Below, piece after piece: positions 59,661 to 64,000 of a stretch of 64,000 nucleotides of DNA. The notes below the pieces were generated by a model, which worked only from the letters and a program-made list of their open reading frames with translations, did not search any database and had not been told where the DNA came from. This DNA is from Mustelus asterias. Taxonomy: Eukaryota. Where the stretch lies: positions 81,220,001 to 81,284,000 of the forward strand of contig NC_135812.1 of NCBI RefSeq assembly GCF_964213995.1, given 5' to 3'. Position 1 is the first letter of the stretch. Each line of letters starts with the position of its first letter. The position numbers and the translations under genes were made by a program.

Positions 59661-59919
59661 ATGTCCTTTCTGTTGAAAACGGAAGCATGTTTTCTTTAGG
59701 CTTTAATTGGCTTTCAGTTGATTGGTCAGAGCAAAGTTAGCCTGAACCTGGTAGTAACACAGGGCACTGTTGTTTGATCATGTAGCCTGGGCCACTAATG
59801 GGTCTGGCACTGAGGACCAGAGCCCTGTCTAAAATATTCCTCTAAGTCAATGCTGTAACAAGTAGGAAATTCATAGCTAGATAAGCAGCAGAAAGTTAAG
59901 GATACATTAAACATGCAGG

Positions 59920-60045
59920 CACAGTAAGCAATTAAAGCAACTGATATGTTAACCTTTATTGCAAGGAGGTTGGAGTACAAGAGTAAGGAAATCTTGCTGC
60001 AATTATATCAGGCTTTGATGAGTTCACATCGGAGTGCACCATGCA
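59920..60045 (+). mobile_element. CR1 fragment
   Basis: KATDMLTFIARRLEYKSKEILLQLY. Confidence 0.7.
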
Positions 60046-60353
60046 AAATCTACAATTGTCAGACTCTGAGGTCCCAGAAAAGTGATATTGATTTGTAAAA
60101 GGTTATGCTGGAATCTGTCCCTTGACTTCTACGATGATAAAGGATAATGAATTAACATTTCTACTCCTATGCAAAGCTAATGTGTTTTTCATTGCCATGG
60201 GAAAGAGGTTGAGGAAGCCATTTTGAGATTAGGTTACAGGCTTCCCAATCAGTTGCAGTTTTGCAAATGGATTTCATATCTTGTATGCTAAACTACTGAA
60301 TTGGAGTTTTGGCTAAGCCAATTGAGTTGAGATCAATAGGAAACATAAGACTA

Positions 60354-60605
60354 TGGCCAGAATTTTACAATTACCACCCCCCCCCCTCCCCCCCACCCAC
60401 CCAAACCCTCCAGCCACGGCAGGTTTTCCAGTGTCAGAGGAGGCTCACCATTGGCAACTACTGGGGTAGGAAGATCCCATGGAAGTCAATGGCAATTTGC
60501 ATAGCTCTCCCATCCTAGAAAGGTGGTACTGATATCAAGTTGTGCTGGGACTGCCGGGGAATCTGCAGTGGGGATCGACTTCAGTGGGACCAGAATATCC
60601 TGCCA
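60354..60605. mobile_element. Harbinger-like MITE
   Basis: ggccagaattttac start and aatatcctgcc end; related short copies at 56665-56760, 57538-57680 and 61765-61890. Confidence 0.5.
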
Positions 60606-60812
60606 GAGGGAAGAGGCTGGAAATTAAATTACTTTTTTTCAAGTGTAACCCTCCCCGCCCCCATGCGTTCTGATGAAAGATTTTACCTGAAACCTTGGAC
60701 TTCTGGTTAGCACCAATACAGTGCACATTGCCACTGACTATAAGGTTTATAATGGCCCAACGACATCGTCCATTATTTTTGGGATCTTTTGATCCTGGCT
60801 GAGAGAGAAACA

Positions 60813-60935
60813 TGATGTGGAGATGCCGGCTTTGGACTCGGGTGGGCACAGTAAGAAGTCTAACAACACCAGGTTAAAGTCCAACAGGTTATTTGGTAGC
60901 ACAAGCTTTTGGAGCGCTGCCCCTTCATCAGGTAA
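60813..60935 (-). mobile_element. Penelope pLTR with a hammerhead-like motif (same family as 6536-6662)
   Basis: Minus strand CTGATGA aggggcagcgctcc aAAA GCTT...aataacctgttggactttaacctggtgttg. Confidence 0.75.
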
Positions 60936-61346
60936 GGGAGAAACAGGCAGTGCTGCATCTTCAGGGTAAGTCCAACTAGTATAGTGGAGTTGGGGGAAGG
61001 AGAGGGATGACATTAAATGCCTTTTTAAGCGAAGTTTTAAATGTCAAAGTCTTTTAACAAATGAATGCAGGTTAGTGAGTGGGTGAGGAAGCGAATGGGG
61101 AGGTGGGTGATTATAGCTTCCTGCTGGGAAAGGAAGTTGTGGAGTTGTCTCTTGTATTTTATAACATCATGATTGCTGTGAACAAGATGTCCAGATGCAG
61201 ATTTTTAATTGCAAAACATGAAGCAGATTGAAATAACAAGCAACAATTATTGTTGTTCCGCATGTATAGCTGATGTTGCTCATTTTAATACACACTGGAG
61301 TTTTTAATATCAATGTGAAATATGTGATAGCTTCCCAGGTTGTTCG

Positions 61347-61642
61347 TAGAATCATTGAATCTTACAGTGCAGAAGGAGGTCATTTGGCCCATTGAGCCTG
61401 CACCAGCAACAATACCCAGGCCCTATCCTGGAAAACCCCAAGTATTTACCCTGCTGGTCCCCCTGACACTAAGGGGCAATTTAGCATGGCCAATTAACCT
61501 GATCTGCACATCTTTAGACTGTGGGAAGAAACCGGAGCACCCGGAAGAAACTCACACGGAGAACATGCAAACTCCACATAGGCAGTCACCTGAGGTGGAA
61601 TCGAACCCGGGTCCCAGTGCTAACCACTGCCGCCATGCTGCC
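61347..61642 (-). mobile_element. HE1-type V-SINE
   Basis: cttacagtgcagaaggaggtcatttggccc...ggaatcgaacccggg. Confidence 0.9.
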
Positions 61643-62225
61643 CTCTGTTCTGACCAAGAAAAGTGATACAATCCTGCAGGAAAGTAAATATAGAATTTTG
61701 TACACTAGCTCCCAGGGAAACACCTAGCAAAATTCAAATATTACGGCCAGTTACAGATATTGGGAGGAAGTTTATGGCCCCTCTGGCGGGTGGAATCTTC
61801 CAGTCCTGCCTGAGTTAATGGACTTTTGAACACTTGCTGCACTTTCTAGACCCACCCCCACCACGAGGAGGCTCTGAAATTTCGGCCAAAGAGCCGGTTG
61901 TCTGATAAGTATCTTACATTGCCAAGAGGTACTTTAGGGGGTCGGATTTCATTTCAATCATAAAGCTTAGTTTGCAAAGCAATGGAATTGGTATCACATC
62001 ATGCATTGTGGTATATTTGAAATTTTTAGCAGCTGTTGTATAAAATTAGCCTGGTCTGTCACATTGTCAGTTTTTTATCCCAGGAATTCTGGTTCTCTCA
62101 TCCAAGGGTGAATCAGGTTCCACTTCTTCACATTTCCCCTTCCCAGGGCTCATTACCTTGGTTCAGCATGAGGAAGATGAGTAATGTTTGCAAATATATA
62201 ATTGGTAAAGGGCCTGGAAAACAAG

Positions 62226-62576
62226 AATCATAGAATCCTTACAGTGCAGAAGAAGGCCATTCAGCCCATCGAGCCTGCAATGACTCTCCGCTAAAGCCTA
62301 CCCATGCCTACCCCCCACGTATTTACCCTGCTAGTCCCCCTAACCCTAACCCACCCTATTCCCGTAACCCCATATATTTACCTTGCTAATCCCCCTAACC
62401 TACACATCTTTAGACACTTAAGGGGCAATTTAACACAGCCAATCTACCTAGCTTATACATCTTTGGAGTGTGGGAGGAAACTGGAGCACCCAGAGGAAAC
62501 CCATGCAGACACAGGGAGAATGTGCAAACTCCACACAGTCACCCGAGCACTGCTAATTACTGTGCCAATGTGCCAC
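62226..62576 (-). mobile_element. HE1-type V-SINE
   Basis: gaatcatagaatccttacagtgcagaagaaggcc... Confidence 0.9.
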
Positions 62577-63034
62577 TCAAAATGAGAATTATGTAAGGAG
62601 GTGGAGTGGGAAGACCAGTTATTTGCAAATTAATAAAGGAGAAAAGCATTTTGGTTCCTTTAAGTTCAGAATTTAGTTTTGATACATTAGATGAGCTACT
62701 CTTGAAGTCATCTACTGATTTGTAAAAGTCAGTAAGGGATTTCCATAGAGGGAATATCATTCCTTTGATGGGATACTGAAGAAAATGACAGAAGTTACCA
62801 TATCAATGGTTCACCTGCTACAGTATTGACTTTTGACTGGACCCAAAAGTAGTCTTCCTTGCTGTGATCCCAGCCAGTTGAGATGGATTGGATCAGTTAG
62901 CTAGGGTACCAACTTCTTTTCACTCAGATATTTATTCTGATTTTTGTAAAATTGTGACCCACCTCACACAATTTGATAGCTCAGTTACAAATTTTCTGAT
63001 CTATTGTGAGATGTACAGAAGGTCAATACCTGAA

Positions 63035-63093
63035 GAACATGGGATTTTCACAGTAACTTCATCGCGGTGTTAATGTGACACTAATGAATAAAT
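63035..63093 (+). mobile_element. Short-tail V-SINE 3' fragment
   Basis: gggattttcacagtaacttcatcgcggtgttaatgtgacactaat. Confidence 0.7.
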
Positions 63094-64000
63094 TGAGAAG
63101 TAAACTTGAACTTCTCTGTAGTGATTTCAAAACGTGAAAACGATGCAAACAATTTCTGATTATTTTTTATGTAATACTTTTCTTCATTTTAACAGCTTAA
63201 GATTTTTTTTGTTTATTGGTTTGCGATTTGAGAATTAACCATTCTGATGCACAATGCATAGGAAATGTACGTGTAATGACTTCAATCAAGCCATTGAGGT
63301 TGGCCTATTCTTAATTAAGGAATTAATTGATGGGCCATTCAGGGAGTCTTTTCCTTGTATTTAACTGGGAGTGTCAGTTCCTTTGGCACTCCTGAAGGTA
63401 GACTGACAGCACTCTGTTGTACAGCTGTTGGAATTGTAAATAAAGGGATTTTGGTGGAGGATTTCTACCTCTGAAGACTTACTACAGTACAATGCAAAAT
63501 AATTTGAATATCAGTGGGAGAATTAATTGGATTTCAAATTTTGATGATAGGCTGGAAGCAAATGGAACAATGTAAGCTGTTTTATGTGGCATCACTTCTT
63601 TAATGTTCAAATCTTTAATGTTATTTCTCAGGTCTCCCTCTTGCAAACATGAGAACGCAGCATTCAATATTCTCCTTTATTGTGCTGACTATGTTTTAAA
63701 ACTACGTGTGTACATTTTCATGAGGCTATTATGATTCAGTAATTTATTACCTCATTGAATTAACATATTCTCCCGCGGATGGCCTATTATTTAACCTTAA
63801 CAGACTGTTAAAGTGCTCTTTATAAAAGTCTCCTCTGTCGCCGACCGCACTGTTGGCTAATTATGAGAATTTCAAATAGTTTCCCAGTCCAATTAACTCT
63901 TCCAATGCTAATTTTTTAAATACGATACAGCACACATTTAAATACATCTCGAGTGCTTTTAAACCAGTTCCTAGCACAAGTATGCCCCACGTTGACGATT

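Noticed and set aside
386-63667. Most short ORFs in the six-frame track
   Set aside because: They are antisense or off-frame readings of SINEs, LINEs and MITEs (e.g. recurrent MVSTAASQ and LRVLRFPPT peptides) or chance ORFs, not host genes

Overview
This is vertebrate genomic DNA, almost certainly from a cartilaginous fish (shark). It is dense in HE1/V-SINE-type tRNA SINEs, DeuSINE- and MetaSINE-like copies, CR1, L2-like, RTE and Rex1 LINE fragments, Penelope pseudo-LTRs and Harbinger-like MITEs. I recognise no host protein-coding exon, so the window looks intergenic or intronic, with several AT-rich, repeat-free islands that may be conserved enhancers. The main element is a near-complete but mutated Gypsy LTR retrotransposon (32914-37324, minus strand). 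It has no tRNA primer-binding site: the 13 nt just inside its 5' LTR are complementary to its own LTR (a candidate self-priming signature). It also has YLDN in place of YxDD in RT and no chromodomain. Other highlights are a 180-bp Penelope-derived insertion with inverted hammerhead-ribozyme motifs and a 12-bp TSD, several base-resolved nested insertions, and a SINE-plus-flank duplication. All family names come from motif recognition, not database searches, and boundaries of old elements are approximate.
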